Assembly (NCBI GenBank): GCA_044892525.1 | Contig: CM097885.1 | Location: forward strand, 37,388,001 to 37,448,000 | Reading direction: 5' to 3' | Length of the DNA: 60,000 nt | From: Schmidtea polychroa | Lineage: Eukaryota | Shown: positions 38,248-52,445 of the stretch, piece by piece | Layout of the letters: each line of letters opens with the position of its first letter | Numbering within the stretch: position 1 is the first letter of the stretch | Translations under genes and position numbers: made by a program | The notes under the pieces: model-generated | Seen by the model: the letters and a program-made list of their open reading frames with translations, nothing else | Told to the model about the DNA's origin: nothing | The model's database searches: none

Positions 38248-40231
38248 TATACCTTTTGCTTGAAATACATACTATAAGATTTTGAAAAAATTCAAAGGTT
38301 TTTAAACCTTTGAAGGTTATTGAACCTCCATAAACCTTCGATGGTTTCAAATACTCACAATTCAAATACCTTTCAAATGAACTATTAATATTGCACTGGC
38401 GGGAACTCTGAGAATTTAAATTTTAAAAATTGAGAATGACCTTGAATGAGTCACATGACCGTGAATGAGTCATAGGATGAGCCATATTAGCTTGAATGAG
38501 TCATAGAATGAATCAAAGTCTTTGTTTCAATGACCTTGTATAGGCGTGTCTTTGTTTAAAATTTGACCTTGAAATTTTTTTAATGGCGGTGGTGGGGTAG
38601 GGGTTATGTCTTTGTCCCAGAGGGTCGCTGGTTTAGTGGGCCGCTATCCCCCCTGCCATGAAAACACATTTATTTCTCTTGAAAATTTCTAAAAGTATAT
38701 TATATTCATTACCATTTAAATATTTTAAATATTAAGAACAAGTTTTTACATCTGATGCGTGAACGATCCACAAGCCAACCCTCGAAGATTCGTTTTCTGA
38801 CAATTTCATCTTTTCGTGTATGCATATGATGGCAATTATCTCTCCGTGGACCTTCTCATCTACCCTTTTCCCTGTCTACTCAATTACATATATCCGTTTC
38901 ATATGGTTTATATTCACTCCATCTCGTTCTGTACGTCACAAGTGGAGATTTCGCAGGGAAACGAGGCTTCCAGTTTTGGCTACCGGCCTCACTCGAACTG
39001 CATTCTATCACCTGGTTTTTTAATCGATCATTCTCCATCACTTTCTCTTTCTGTGATTGTTTTTCCGGGCTTTTTCTGTTGATTTTTGTTCTCTCCATTT
39101 TCTCAACTTTCCCAATAAAATCATTATTTTAATAGCGTTGGGGTTTAAGTAGAAGATAAATCGACTCACCGAAGGGTTTTGACTCTTTAAGAAAACGCCC
39201 ATGACTTGCAAATTTTCGACCAGTGTACCCACGACAACCGCTATGTTGGTGGTGTACACTGTCGTTGAAAAACAGGGGGCCGGTGAGCTGGTGCCTTACA
39301 ACTACTCCCCCTATATTTTAATAAATTTTATTTAAATAAAAATCTGCTTCGAAAAGACAGATTGGTCCTTTTAACGGGACTAGCTTCGGCGGGAAGCCAG
39401 AAACTTCTTCAACATCATCGTTATAGAGTCCACTTTAGTCCTGTATGTTTTAAAGTACAGGGCGCTTCTGAAAATGAATAAGATCTCATCTCACGCAATC
39501 ATCAATCCTTCGGCAATCAGTAATTACATTCTCTTGGGCAGTTGTGTTTGTGAGGTAATCTTTTGGTAATCAATTATCAGATTCTCCTGGGCTGTTCTCT
39601 TTATGGGGCAGTCTTTTGGCAAGCGTCACATTTCCAATTTTCACAAATAACAAGATATATTTAAAAGAAGGCCAATGAAGACAAGTCGAGAAAAAATACC
39701 CAAGACACAGTAAAACAATATTAAAATAGCCATCACGATCCAAGTAAATAAAACAAACAAAAATAGCCATCCACAAGGCACAATAAAAATACAAATAAAA
39801 GCACATAATAAAACAGCTCAAAAATAGCCATCACTAAGCACAATAAAATTAATGTTAAGTAATAAAAAGCATGTATATCTTAAGGTTATAGTAATAGGCG
39901 ATAATGAATAAGGCAATAACAATTGAAAGGTTATTACATGTCATAATAATATTCCATAAACAATACTATAAATACAATACATTCATAAGGTAGTTATAAT
40001 AAATATGTTAGATAGCAACTATAAATATTAAATAAGTATGCACAAATAGTATAGATCAATGGTTCCCAACCTTTTGGGGTAATCGTACCCTTTGGTAACA
40101 ATTTGGAATCTTACGTACCCCTAACTTTTAATGTTATTTATATACAGCAAAAACAATATTATATAAAGAAAAAACATTTATTCACTTTATATTTAGAAGC
40201 AATTAATTAAAAATTACAAAAAAAATTAAAT

Positions 40232-42012
40232 TTAGTGGGAACGTTGTTGCTGCTTACCGTCAACCAAATGTTGTATTCGTGGTAGAGTGTGTGAAAGAGC
40301 CAAACGCATGTCATGTTCATCATTTAGTTTGTTCCTTAATTTTGTTTTTATTGACACAAGCACTGAAAATACAGATTCGCAAAGGTAAATAGTAACAAAC
40401 GGAATAAGAGCCTTCAACGCCCGGTTGACTAAAACAGGATATGCCTCGCTTTGCTTACACCAGAATACATCCAACGCCATTGTTTCAAAGTCACTGCTTA
40501 TTTTTTTGTTATTCCGCAGTTCAATGAGTTCATCTTTTGCGTCATCAGCATCACTAATTTGATCCAATGAAATGGTGAAAGGGTTTCTTATCCAGTTATC
40601 AACAACAAATGTGCGAGGAATAATGCCATCGAAAGTAACTTGAAGATTTTCCAAATGTATTTTAATACAGTCCAGAACCATGATATCAATTTCACGTTTA
40701 ACTTGCAAGGAAACTATTTCATCAAAAAGCGAAAAATTGGCGTAATTTTCACTTTCAACTCTTTTGCTATAGAGTGCCAGCTTTTCTTGAAACGATGTAA
40801 CTTTCTCCTCGACATCTAATACATTCATACCTCTACCTTGGAGTGATATATTTAAGGAGTTTAGATGGCTAAATATATCTGCAAGGTAAGCTAAAGAGAG
40901 CACAAAGCTGGTATCTGTGAAGTGAAGCGAAAGGGTCGATTCTTTGTCACGTAAAAATGTCTCAATTTGATATCTAAGTTCAAATACCCGGCTAAGAACT
41001 TTTCCCCTGGATAGCCAACGTACTTCTGTATGTAAAAGAAGTACGGTATGTTCGCACCCAACTTCTTCGCATAACACTTTAAATAGGCGGTGATTCAATG
41101 CCTTTGATTTGATAAAATTTACGGTTTTCACGACAATATCCAATACCTCTTTGAAATAAGAAGGAAGAGTCTTTGATGCCAAAGCATGACGATGAAGAAT
41201 GCAATGACTAGAAAAAACATTTGGGTCTATCTGTTTCACAAGAGCAGTAAATCCAGATTTTTTCCCGAGCATAGCTGGAGCACCATCAGTACAAATAGAT
41301 TCCACATTGTTCCAAGAAAGCCCATTGGCAACAAAAAAATTATTCATAATTGACATAATATCCACAGCCTTTGTAGTTTCTGTCAGAGGTTCACAAAAAA
41401 GAAAATCCTCTTTGATTTCGTTTCTATACACATATTTAACAAAAACAAGAAGTTGAGCACAGTTAGAAACATCAGTGGATTCATCCAATTGCAATCCAAT
41501 TTTTGTTGAACTTTCTTTTATTTGTTCTACAATCTGCTTTAAGACATCTTCTGACATATCTTTAATTCGATCGTGAATTGTGTTGTTTGATAGTGGTATT
41601 GGTGATATTTTAAGTTTTGCGTCCTTACCACACATAATCTCGGCCATTTCCATCGCACATGGTTTAATCAAAGTTTCCGCGATTGTATGAGGTTTTTTAT
41701 CTTTTGCAATCCTCAATGCCACACGATAACTTGCTTCTAAAGCTGGTCTTTCTCGGGAACAAATCCGTGATTGGTGAGCTTTGTGCTTGTTTCAAATCGG
41801 TCTCTCTTAATTTTGAATAAAGATTCTGTGTCATTAACGTTGTTTGGATGGACTGCTTGTAGATGTTCCTTAAGTTTGGATGGTTTCATATAACCATTAC
41901 TAAGTACATTCGAGCAAAGTATGCATTGTGGCCTTTCCAATCCATCTTTGACAACTAAGAAAGTGAAACCGAATTGAATACATGAGTCCTGATAACAACG
42001 CTTCTTTGACAT
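40232..42012 (-). pseudogene. Buster/Charlie (ZBED5-like) hAT transposase, one frameshift near 41740
   Basis: BED finger CILC...[52 protein letters not shown]. Confidence 0.93.
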
Positions 42013-42234
42013 TGTGACAGTATGGGTTAGCTGTCGATAACAAAAAATAATTATTTCTAAAAACTAAGACAATTAAATATGCACTGGTTTATTTATTGTA
42101 ACTACCCAAATAAATTGAAACCCGTTATAGATATTTATTTTTTGTACACGTTTTAGTAGTAAAAACAATATAAATTTGATAATTAAACTACTTCAATAGT
42201 GCACAGAGAAACGAATAAAATTAAAAACTTTTTA

Positions 42235-45200
42235 GATGGGAAAATAGTCGGTTGGGTTTAATGTGAGATCGTTTAAGATGGGAATATATGGTCTTTTAAG
42301 GGGGATATAATCGGTTAGATATAATGAGGGATCGTATAAGGTGAGAATATATGATTTTTTAAGGATGATGTTGGTAAAATATCAATGTTTTAAGGGAAAT
42401 TGCAATACATTAGTCAGTTATGAATCAATAATAATGTGAAATTATATTGTTTTATTAGGTTGTGATTAATTCATTGTATATTAATTTAGATTTATGTTTA
42501 AGAACAATGTTTTATTAAGTAGGGATAATGATCGATTTACTTGGTTTTGACAATGAAATCTTTACAGATAATTGTGATTGATATCAACAATTTTTATCTT
42601 TATTTAGGATGTTATAGGCGGACAAAAGTTGAGAAATATTGACTTAAGAGAGTCGGACAACAACTAAAGAAAATTGATCTTTATTGGAGGAAATTTATGA
42701 TTTTTCGGTTGATTTTAATTAGATTTCTAGAAATCAAATCGGTTGAATATCGGTAAAATATGACCATTTGAAGAAATATATTTCATTGAATGGATAAATT
42801 TAATCTTTCAATGGGATGTATTCGGTGTACAGTAATATTTATTTTAAATTTCGAGTATTTACATTTAGAACAAAAATTTAATTATAACTGGTTTTATCAA
42901 TAGATTTTATAAATTATTTAGGGTTAATGACCAAATTACTTTACATGATTTTAGATGATTTTAGTGAAGTATTTGTAATAATAGGTAGAATTATAGTCAT
43001 TTAAAGGTATTTTAATGACTTATTGATCTAACGTTAAGAGGGAGAATATATGATCTTTTAAAGGTATTTATCGATAATATACTAATCTTTAAAGATGGAT
43101 ATATATTTTAGGGAAATTTGATGCTTTTGTGGAGAATCATTCATTTGTTTGGATACAGAAAGCATCTGTATTGTCATTTAGAGTAATTTATTTGTAGAAC
43201 TTATTTAATTATTAAAGTACTTATATCAGTCTCCTTTAGAATTTAATGATAATTATTTAGATATTTTTAGTGTAAATTGTTGACTTTGATAATTTGTAAT
43301 GAATTTTCTGAATAATTTGAGCAATCAGTCAATTAATTTGAGTATTACTTTTAAAAATATAATTAAAATTAATTTATTTCAATCTACTAGATCTTATTTC
43401 AAAATTCTTATTAATTTATTTTCTTAGATGATTCATATTAACTTGAATAATCAGTATTTATTTATTTACTGGATTATTAATGACTAAAATTTAAAGTTCT
43501 TTCTTGTCCATTAAGTACATTTTATGATATTTATTTAGTATATTTTGAATAATTTAAATTTTTACAATGATTTAGTCAATTTTTACCTAATTATTGGAGT
43601 TCATTCAAAATTTTATTAATTTTTCATCCAATTTTTCAAGTGTAGAGGATTTTCTTTTGAAAGTCTGTTTGTTAGTTGTTGGTTATAAGTAATTGGTATC
43701 TGGTTGACTTTTTAGATGTTGACAAGAATATAGTGTATGTGTTGAAGAATATTTTATATTTAATTGTTATTATTTTTATGTAGTTGGTTATAAGTAATTG
43801 GTATCTAGTTGTAAGTATTTGGTTGTTAGTATTTGGTTGTAAGTATCTGGTTGTAAATACGTGTTCGTAAAATACTAATCTTTATAGATATTTCAGGGAA
43901 ATTCACTTGGATTTAAAAATCGGTAGAATATTGACATTTAAATGATTTTATTGGTTTATCAGATGTTATCATTAATGGGTTCAGTCTCTTGATATTTATT
44001 TGTTGACTTTGATAATTGAAAATTAATAATTTGATCAATCAACTTGAGTATATATGTGACTTTTACTAGATCTTATTACAAAATTCTTATTAATTTATGA
44101 AATTAGATGATTCATATTAACTTGAATGATCAGTATTTAAGATAAATAATTAAGATAAATATTTTCTCGATTATTATTGACTAGAATTTAAAGTTCTTTC
44201 TTGTCCATTAAGTACATTTTATGATATTTATTTAGTGTGTTTTGAATAATTTAAATTTTTACAATGATTTAATCAATTTTTACCTAGTTATTGGAAAATC
44301 TTACTGGTGTCTTGAGTTCAGTTGAAATTTTATTAATTTTTAATCCAATATTTTCAAGTGAAGAGAATTTTCTTTTAAAGATCTATTTCTTAGTTGTTGG
44401 TTGTAAGTACTTGGTTGTTAATATCCGGTTGATAGCGTTTAGTTGTAGATGTTGACAAGAAGATCGTGTATGTGATGAAGAATATTTTGTATTTAATTGC
44501 TATTATTTTTATGTGCGGTTAGTTGATTGTAAGTACTTGGTATCTAGTTGGTTGCTTGTGTTGTTAACTGATTGTTGTTATATAGTTGTAGGTTGATATT
44601 TGTTAATTTCTCGATAGGTTTTGATGGTAGTTGTTAGTACATGGTAGTCAGTTGTAAGTGTTTAGTATTTTGTTGTTTGAAACCTAGTGGTTAGCTAATG
44701 GTAGCTAATTAATGAGTAGGTTGGGGGTTGAGTGCGACCAATATTGCAAGTGAAGAGGATTTTCTTTTAAAGATCTATTTGTTAGTACTTGATTGTTTTT
44801 ACTGGTTGATGATACTATGTTGTTGGTATCTTGTATTTGGTAGTTGGTACAGTGTTGTTTACTGATTGTTGTTATATAGTTGTAGGTTGATAATGCTTAG
44901 TACCTGGTTGTTGTCGGTTGTAAGTATTTGGTATCTAGTTGTAGGTATCTGGTTGTTGGTACTTAGTATCTAGTTAATGGGTAGGTGGGGGTTGAGTGTT
45001 AGCAATACCCTTACGACCAATACACTTACGATCAATACCCACAGGGGGTCAAAACAACCTGTCGGATAAACTCAGACTATATATAATAAATCGAATTAAC
45101 AAAAACTATTTATTGAATAAGCATGCAATTTTTACTTTGTAATAATAAGTCAGCAGTAATCAATTAGAAGAATGTTTTGCGGGGGAAAAAATAGAACTTT

Positions 45201-45779
45201 ATAGTGTTTCGTTGTCATTTTAAAATATTTAAATTATATTCAATTCCATGTGATGTTTTTAACGACTTGAGTTGACAATTATTCTCATTCATATTTGACG
45301 CAAATCATCATTTTTGTTAAATTTAGACATTTTACTGAGAAAAAGTTTTCTACTGATTGTAATTAAAAGAATATTTTGTTAATATTCTAGTTGTAAGTAC
45401 CTAGTTGATGGTAAATGATATTTTGTTGTAAATACTTGTTCCTAAGTTACTGGTTGATGAAAATAAATTGTTGCTGTCTAGTTATTAGTAATTATTTGTT
45501 AGTATTTGGTTGTAAGTATTTGGTTGACCTTTTAAATTTTGACTTAAACATATTTGATTGTAATGATTTACAAACAAATAATGTTTTCCCACAGCCCTTG
45601 GATCAATAATTTGATATACTGCATCATTTCTCGATTCCATTTTAATTAATTTAATCTAATAATATTATTTATATTTGTTTTAATTAATTGTTATACGTGA
45701 ATAAAAAATATTCAAATATAATTACATTATTAATGCTTAGCAATATAAAATATTATTATTATTATTATTTTTATTAATA

Positions 45780-45828
<49 letters not shown>

Positions 45829-46090
45829 TTTATTTGTATAATTTGCATCTAAATTATCTTTAAAAATTATTTCATTAAAATTTTCATTTCTCAAAACCTG
45901 ACTATCATTCAAACTTTTTTATAATAGATTAAAAATTATTACTTTAATTAAAAATTTATGCCCATAATTTACTTTAATTTAATTATTACTCTCAATTCTC
46001 ATTCTCTTTCAAAATTTATTAGTGAGTTTTAAAATTTACCCTTTTCATTTACTTATTTACAAAATATAACCCTTATTTACTATTATTTTT
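42235..46090 (+). repeat. Diverged copy of the giant-palindrome arm interior (~27380-30280)
   Basis: Collinear shared blocks such as TAAGGGAAATTGCAAT, CTACTAGATCTTATTTCAAAATTCTTATTAATTTAT, the TIR end at 45077, (TTA)n and AATATAACCCTTATTT; internal duplications. Confidence 0.85.
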
Positions 46091-46212
46091 ATTAGTAGAA
46101 GTTAATTGAAATCTGATTGCTTCAAAAGCAATTTTTATAAGTAATCGTGTTTTGATTGATATAAATTATTATTATTATTTTATTATTAATATTATTTTAA
46201 TATTATTAATTT

Positions 46213-46302
46213 GTCGGACTGATGGCTAAATGGGAATTTACTTTTTGATTTTTTGTTTTGAAGTTAGGTATGAGGTTCAATTCCAAGTATGGGCGACTTT
46301 TT
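46213..46302 (+). pseudogene. Degenerate tRNA-derived (SINE-like) sequence, copy 1
   Basis: A-box-like GATGGCTAAATGG, B-box-like GGTTCAATTCC, T-run terminator; no intact anticodon arm. Confidence 0.45.
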
Positions 46303-46475
46303 CAAAAATTAATTTTTACATGTTATTTTTAATCGTGCTTTGATTGATATAGATTATTATTATTATTACTAAAATTATTATTATTATTTTTTATTATTAT
46401 TAAAAATATTAATATTATAATCATAATTATTATTTTTATTATTTTTATTATTAATATTATTTTAATATAATTAAT

Positions 46476-46566
46476 GTTGGACGGGTGGCTGAGTGGGAAT
46501 TTATTTTATTTTTTTTTGTTTTGAAGTTAGGTATGAGGTTCAAATCCAAGTATGGGTGACTTTTTT
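46476..46566 (+). pseudogene. Degenerate tRNA-derived (SINE-like) sequence, copy 2
   Basis: GGTGGCTGAGTGG and GGTTCAAATCC followed by TTTTTT. Confidence 0.45.
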
Positions 46567-46925
46567 CAAAAATTAATTTTTACATGTTATTTTTAATATA
46601 GATCGAACCAGCATACTTTATTTGCTATAAATTGAAATTTTCATAAAACTCGGTTAATTATTTTTACTTAAAGGTTCATAGTATTTTCTCACCTACTGGC
46701 ATAAAATGCAGTAAACAATCATTAAATAATAATTGATATTAATTTTCAGACCATTTGGGGATTTATTTTATTATACTTTGTGATTTCATTAATTATTTTG
46801 TGTTGTACCCTTTAAATAACAATAGAAAAATTTCATCTATTGACCATTTTATATATAAGGTATGCAAACGTTATGAAATGTATAAAACAAGGAAAATGAT
46901 CCATTTATAATACATAGAAACTATT

Positions 46926-47043
46926 AGTAGTAGTAGTAGTAGCTGTCGCTGTCGTGTTCGTGGTCGTGGTCGTGGTCATGGCCGTGGTCATGGTCGTGGT
47001 TGTGGTTGTGGTCGTGGTAGTGGTCGTGGTCGTGATAGTGGTT
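46926..47043 (+). repeat. (AGT)n followed by degenerate (GTGGTC)n microsatellite
   Basis: Direct reading. Confidence 0.85.
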
Positions 47044-47249
47044 GTATTTTAGCATTGGTCGTACTCGGTTGTATGAATAGTACTGGATGTTCACATAGAG
47101 TAGTCAACAGATCCTTATATAGAGTAGTCGATGTGTGTGTGTTGTACTATACACTAATCATTAGTACTGGACTAGATGTGTGTGTTAGCAACCAGTGACC
47201 ACTAAGTATGACGACACAGTTACCATGGTATTGAGTAATCAATAAGTAG

Positions 47250-47415
47250 TCAGTTAGTAACATGTTTGTTTATGACGTAAAGGGCACGCGAGTGGTCAGT
47301 TGGTGACAGTGTGTGTATGATGTAAAGGGCACGCGAGTGGTCAGTTAGTAGCAATGTGTGTATGACGTAATGACCACGTGGTTGGCCAGTTAGCAACAGT
47401 GTGTGTATTACGTAA
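47250..47415 (+). repeat. 45-bp tandem repeat, about 4 units, with TGACGTAA and CACGCG/CACGTG motifs
   Basis: CAGTT...GTGTGTATGACGTAA...CACG units. Confidence 0.8.
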
Positions 47416-47895
47416 TCGGTCATTATTACGCAATCGATATACCCCCCTTTTTTTGTATCTGACGGGCTCACATCCTTTTAAAATTCAATTAAATCCTTAC
47501 AAGTAGTTTTTATAATGAATCTTCTTACTATTTTGCTGTTATATATATGTCTTTTCTATGAAAACCAAAATTTCAAACACTACTAATAAGAAATCCATAT
47601 GTACATATTTGTTATTGTATTTAGTTTTAGGAAATTTACTTTGAAAAAACCGAACCGTGTTCAAAAAAATTGCGATTTTTGTTTGTTACTAAATTTTAAA
47701 ACAATGAAATATTATCAATAAAAATTCGAGACAAAAATCCTTACCTGCCGCGTTTCTCGTACCCCATAGGAGTGCTCCACGTACCCCTATGGGGTCCATA
47801 GACCCCCGGTTGGGAACCCGTGGTATAGATCATATAATAATGATCATATAGTAAAAATAGTAATGGACAAGTCTTTTGAAGTAATAATACTACTA

Positions 47896-48019
<124 letters not shown>

Positions 48020-48234
48020 TAGAGTGGGCATAAACATTATTAGACTTTGAAAACATTCAATACAAAAACAGATATAAATAAAGATTTGTAATAGTATATG
48101 TTAAATTAAATTTCGATATATTCAGATAATTATATATTAGTATATTGTATGTAGTAGACATTAAAATAATAAATAGGCAAGTAGCAAAAAAAATAAAAAT
48201 ATTCATTATTTTAGTTAATTTTTAGTTTCATTTT

Positions 48235-50265
48235 ATATTGTGTTTAATATATGGTCCATGTAGATTTTGTAACTAGCTATGACTGCTGCTCTTATGTAGT
48301 TTTTAGCCTATGTGTCTATTTCCCTATCAGTAAGGCCTATCTCGGTAAGGTGTTTGTTATTTTCAGTGTCCCAAGTGCCTAGGGTGCCTACTACTAAAGC
48401 GGATAAGGTCGTTTTGGTTTTGTTAATTTTACCAGTCTGAAGGGCAAGGCTCATATACTTACCGCGGTTTTCATTACGTACTAATTCAAAATTGTCAAGT
48501 TGGTCATAAGGTATTTTTATATCTAGTAAATGTATTTTATTATTACGTTTAGATATGATAATTAGGTCAGGTCTAAGTGTTGTAGTCACTTCAGGTGGCG
48601 CTCTCTCTACATCAACCTCAAATTGCTTGGATATTAAGTATTCTAGTGTTATTTCTAATACACGATTGTGTTTATTTCTACTTGCATTTTGGGTAAGTGT
48701 GCAGTGATTAAAGATATGTGCCTGTGTTTCCCAGTCTATTTTACATAACCTACATAATATATTTTGATTTTCCTTATGCCTATTTATACTATAAATCAGA
48801 CTGAGACTATTGTTACGGGCTTTAATCAGAAAAAAGTATTGGTTGTCAGTTAGTGTATGCTCTTTGATAAGGTATGCCGATAATTTATTATTACCTATTG
48901 TTTTCCCAATATGCCCTTGATGTACCATATTGTGCCATTGCTTGTAATTGTGTGTAATGCAGAGGATGTACAGTTCATATTTTCGTTATTTATATAATTT
49001 AATACATTATTATAATTAATTTCTAGATTAAAAAGTCCCTTAATTATTATTATCTTATAGCTAATGTTAAATTTTTCGCGTAATCTTTTGCAGGAATCTC
49101 TAAATTTTGAAAAAATAGTAATAGTGCCACTAATATCCCTGGTAATATCAGCGTTTAGCCAGTCAAGTGCTTTATTAATGTTAATGTCTTTGTTGTGGTG
49201 TCTATGCCTAACTGTTTCAATTAATTCATCTATTATAAAATCTCTCATTTTTATATAAGTTGAGTTTAATATTTTAATTAATTGTGTAATGCTTTGTATT
49301 AAATACTCGTCAATGGTTGGGGTGATTCCTAAGCCTTCTAGAGAGCAATTCGCATAAATGAAATCATTATTTATATTATGGTGTATGTCTTGTAGTGCAT
49401 TATTAATAAGTCTCTTAATTTCCTGGTCAAAGCCAAGTTGTTTATCACGTTGTTGGACTATTCGGTTTCGATTGCAGTCAAGTATCATATGGTCTATTTT
49501 ACATGTGCGAAAAAGGAAAATAAAACGCGAGTGTATAAAAGTCTTATATGCATGAAGTTGTTGTGCTGGATGTAAGTTTGAAGTGAGTATTTTTTCAGAT
49601 TCAGCCGGTGCCTTATTTAAAATGTCGTCTATACGATGCTTACCCTTTTCGCCAAAGCTTACTCCTAAGTATCTATATATGTTATCTTTGTCTATTATTG
49701 GTATTTTTTCGTCATAAATTGATAGTGGTATATCGTAATGATTTTTTATGGATTTGGAAGTAACCACATTTGCTAGGTTGAAATTTTAATTTGACCTTAT
49801 TAGTTGACTTAATTATATGTTCTAATATCATCTTAATGTTGTCTCTTGATTCAGATATTAGAACAATGTCATCAGCATACGTTAATATGCTGACATTGTA
49901 TTGTTTATATTTTAGTGGAAATTTATTTAGTATGTCCTTAAGGATAAAGTCGATTGCTAGGTAAAATAGTGTCATGGACATTGGGCATCCCTGCTTAACA
50001 CCGTTATAAATTTCTATTTCATTATTAAGTCGCCCTTCGCATTCGTAATATGTTTTGCATTCACTGTATAGGTCCTTAAACATGTTAAGTGTATTATTAT
50101 TAATGCCTAGTTCTATTAGTGTTTGCCATATAAGTTGATGTGGTACACTTCCAAATGCGTCAGCCAGGTCTAACCAGACTATGTTATTGTCGCCATTGGT
50201 GCGAATTGCTCTTCCTTTAATAAGTGTGAGTACTGTATTATGCTCAGAACACCCATCTGGTATAC
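48235..50265 (-). mobile_element. RLE-type non-LTR retrotransposon (NeSL/R2-like), decayed RT, CCHC and endonuclease
   Basis: GCSEH, WLDLADAFGSVPH, GVKQGCPMS, YADD, YRYLG, CRLC...HIFNHC, RPDL...LLDIK, VGTLGTW; frameshifts near 49740 and 48910, stop at 48308. Confidence 0.92.
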
Positions 50266-51643
50266 CTATAGCCCTAGGTTCATATAATGAGTCATATATA
50301 AATGAGTCATATATTATTCATTTGGGATTAAGTTTTTTCATCTTTATTTTCCTCAGACAGTATATCAAATTCATTGTCGGAGTTGAAGTCAAGATCTATA
50401 TTTTGGTTATGATGATCATTTAGGTCAATTACAGTAGATTTAGAGTCGGAAGTGTCATTGAAGTCAAGGTCTATACTTTTGTCATGTTGTTCGTCAAGGT
50501 CAATAAGTTTTAGGTCTATTTTGGGTTCATTGGAGATTGAGGTTTTTCATTATTCATTTAAAAGTAATTTATTAATATGGTCGTATGTCCATGGAAGGGA
50601 CTCAGTAAAATGTGGTCTTTTAGATGTATTTATATTGTTTTTTGGTAAAAATATTTTTGGTGATTATGCTTATTTCAGATATTTAGGTTGAGATGTGTGA
50701 GCTTAGGTTAAGATTTGGATTTGGTTTATTGGTCAATGCTGTTTGTTTAGTTGATCTATTTTGGTAGAAGAGGTGGGGGGGGGGGGTTGTTATCTAGGTT
50801 AGTATTATTTTTAAGTAGTTCATATCTATTATTTCCTAATTTCGGGTTATTATTAATAATTACTGTAATGCATGGTGATATTATATTTTCTTTATTTTTC
50901 ATTATAATTTATTGTGGGTGGTAATTTTCATCACCACGTGCTACATGTAGAAAATTTAAAAAAAACTATATAGCGATAATTTACTATGGTCAATTATCAC
51001 TATAGAAAAAAATCGAAAATTAAATTAATAAATTCTAATAACAAGATAGATTTAAACTTTAATACCATGTGTAATGTACAACTCTGTTCTTTTTTATGTT
51101 TAAACAAGGGAACGGGACGTTGGTCCATTTCGTTCGGCGTAAGCCTCGTTATGAAATTAATTAAAGAAACTATATAGCGATAATTTACTATGGTGAATTA
51201 TCGCTATATAAATATCGACAAAAAAATAAATTCGATAGAAAGAAAATTCTTGAACAGACAATAAATTTGGTCAAATTCCTGAACAGATACTTTACTTCAT
51301 CAAATTCATAAACAGATAATTTATTTGGTCTATCCTATTTGTTCATACTTGGTTGCCAATTGTAGACTATATCAAACTACAACCGGACATAAACAAACGT
51401 TCTCGTTCTATCTCTATTCAAAACATTTCCCGATAAACCGAGCTCGAGCCGAATACGAGTTTCAATTCACAGTGTACAATCATTATCAAAGATACTGAAG
51501 AATATTAAACGATATTGGTCAATTTATTTCAAAAGTTCCATTATTCATACTATTGATACTAAAGATACTGAAGAATATTAAACGATATTGGTCAATTTTT
51601 TTCAAAAGTTCCATTATTCATACTATTGCTAGTGAATAGTAAA

Positions 51644-52445
51644 TGTTACTATAATAGAGAAATTGCACGCTCCATTTCCTTTGGAAGACCCGGATTGTAG
51701 TAACCAGAACTGTGTTACGAGATATCCTCTAGTAAACAAGGAACCTATACAAATCCTGGTTGAAACAGCATTAAGTATTCTCGTCTCCGAAACTTACAAG
51801 GTCTTTATAATTTGCTTTATTTAATAAAGTTTGTAACAGTTATCTAGTTTGTTGTTACTACGTTACCTTTGCATCATTATTATTTATCGTTTTTTTGTAG
51901 GTTTTACACACACGCACCCCGATTGTCCCGATACAATTTTTTTAACGGAGACTCTATCGGGCTCTACAAGCTTCTAGTAACATTACAACTCATTATATCA
52001 CCATATATCCGTTACTTACCCTCGAGACTCACAATACCAAGATAAATACAAAGATTCAAATTCTAATAACAAGATAAAGATTTGAGTTCCAACACCAAGA
52101 TAAAGAATTAAATTCTAATACCAAGATAAAGATTTAGATTCTAATATCTAGATAAAGATTTGAATTCCAAAATCAAGATAAAGATTCAAGTACTAACAAA
52201 CCTACTTCCAATTTCAAGGTTTTCATTTTTATTCTTAAATAAAGGTTCATGTTCAAAAGTCGTTATTGTTAATTTTATAATATATTTTTATACAAATAGA
52301 ACATACATTCACCCCAGCTATCCCGAGACAGTTTATTTACTGGAGACTCGGCTGGGTTCTACAGCATTTCTTTGTTATACGCAAAACACTAAACTAAAAC
52401 AACAAACGACTCAAGATAATACACCCATAGCAACACATAACAACA
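51644..52445. mobile_element. Solo LTR (family B)
   Basis: TGTT...AACA ends, 5-bp TSD GTAAA (51639-51643, 52446-52450), internal ~25-bp tandem repeat ~52030-52190. Confidence 0.7.

Larger units (their letters stand above)
40057..47822 (-). mobile_element. Buster/Charlie-type hAT transposon containing a ~5.2-kb foreign insert
   Basis: TIR CAATGGTTCCCAACC / GGTTGGGAACCCGTG; perfect 8-bp TSD GTATAGAT (40049-40056, 47823-47830). Confidence 0.88.

Noticed and set aside
37779..38365. Poly-I/L/Y ORFs (also 47741-48056)
   Set aside because: Translations of (TAA)n microsatellites
39330..39650. Possible minus-strand coding relic
   Set aside because: Multiple stops and no recognisable motif
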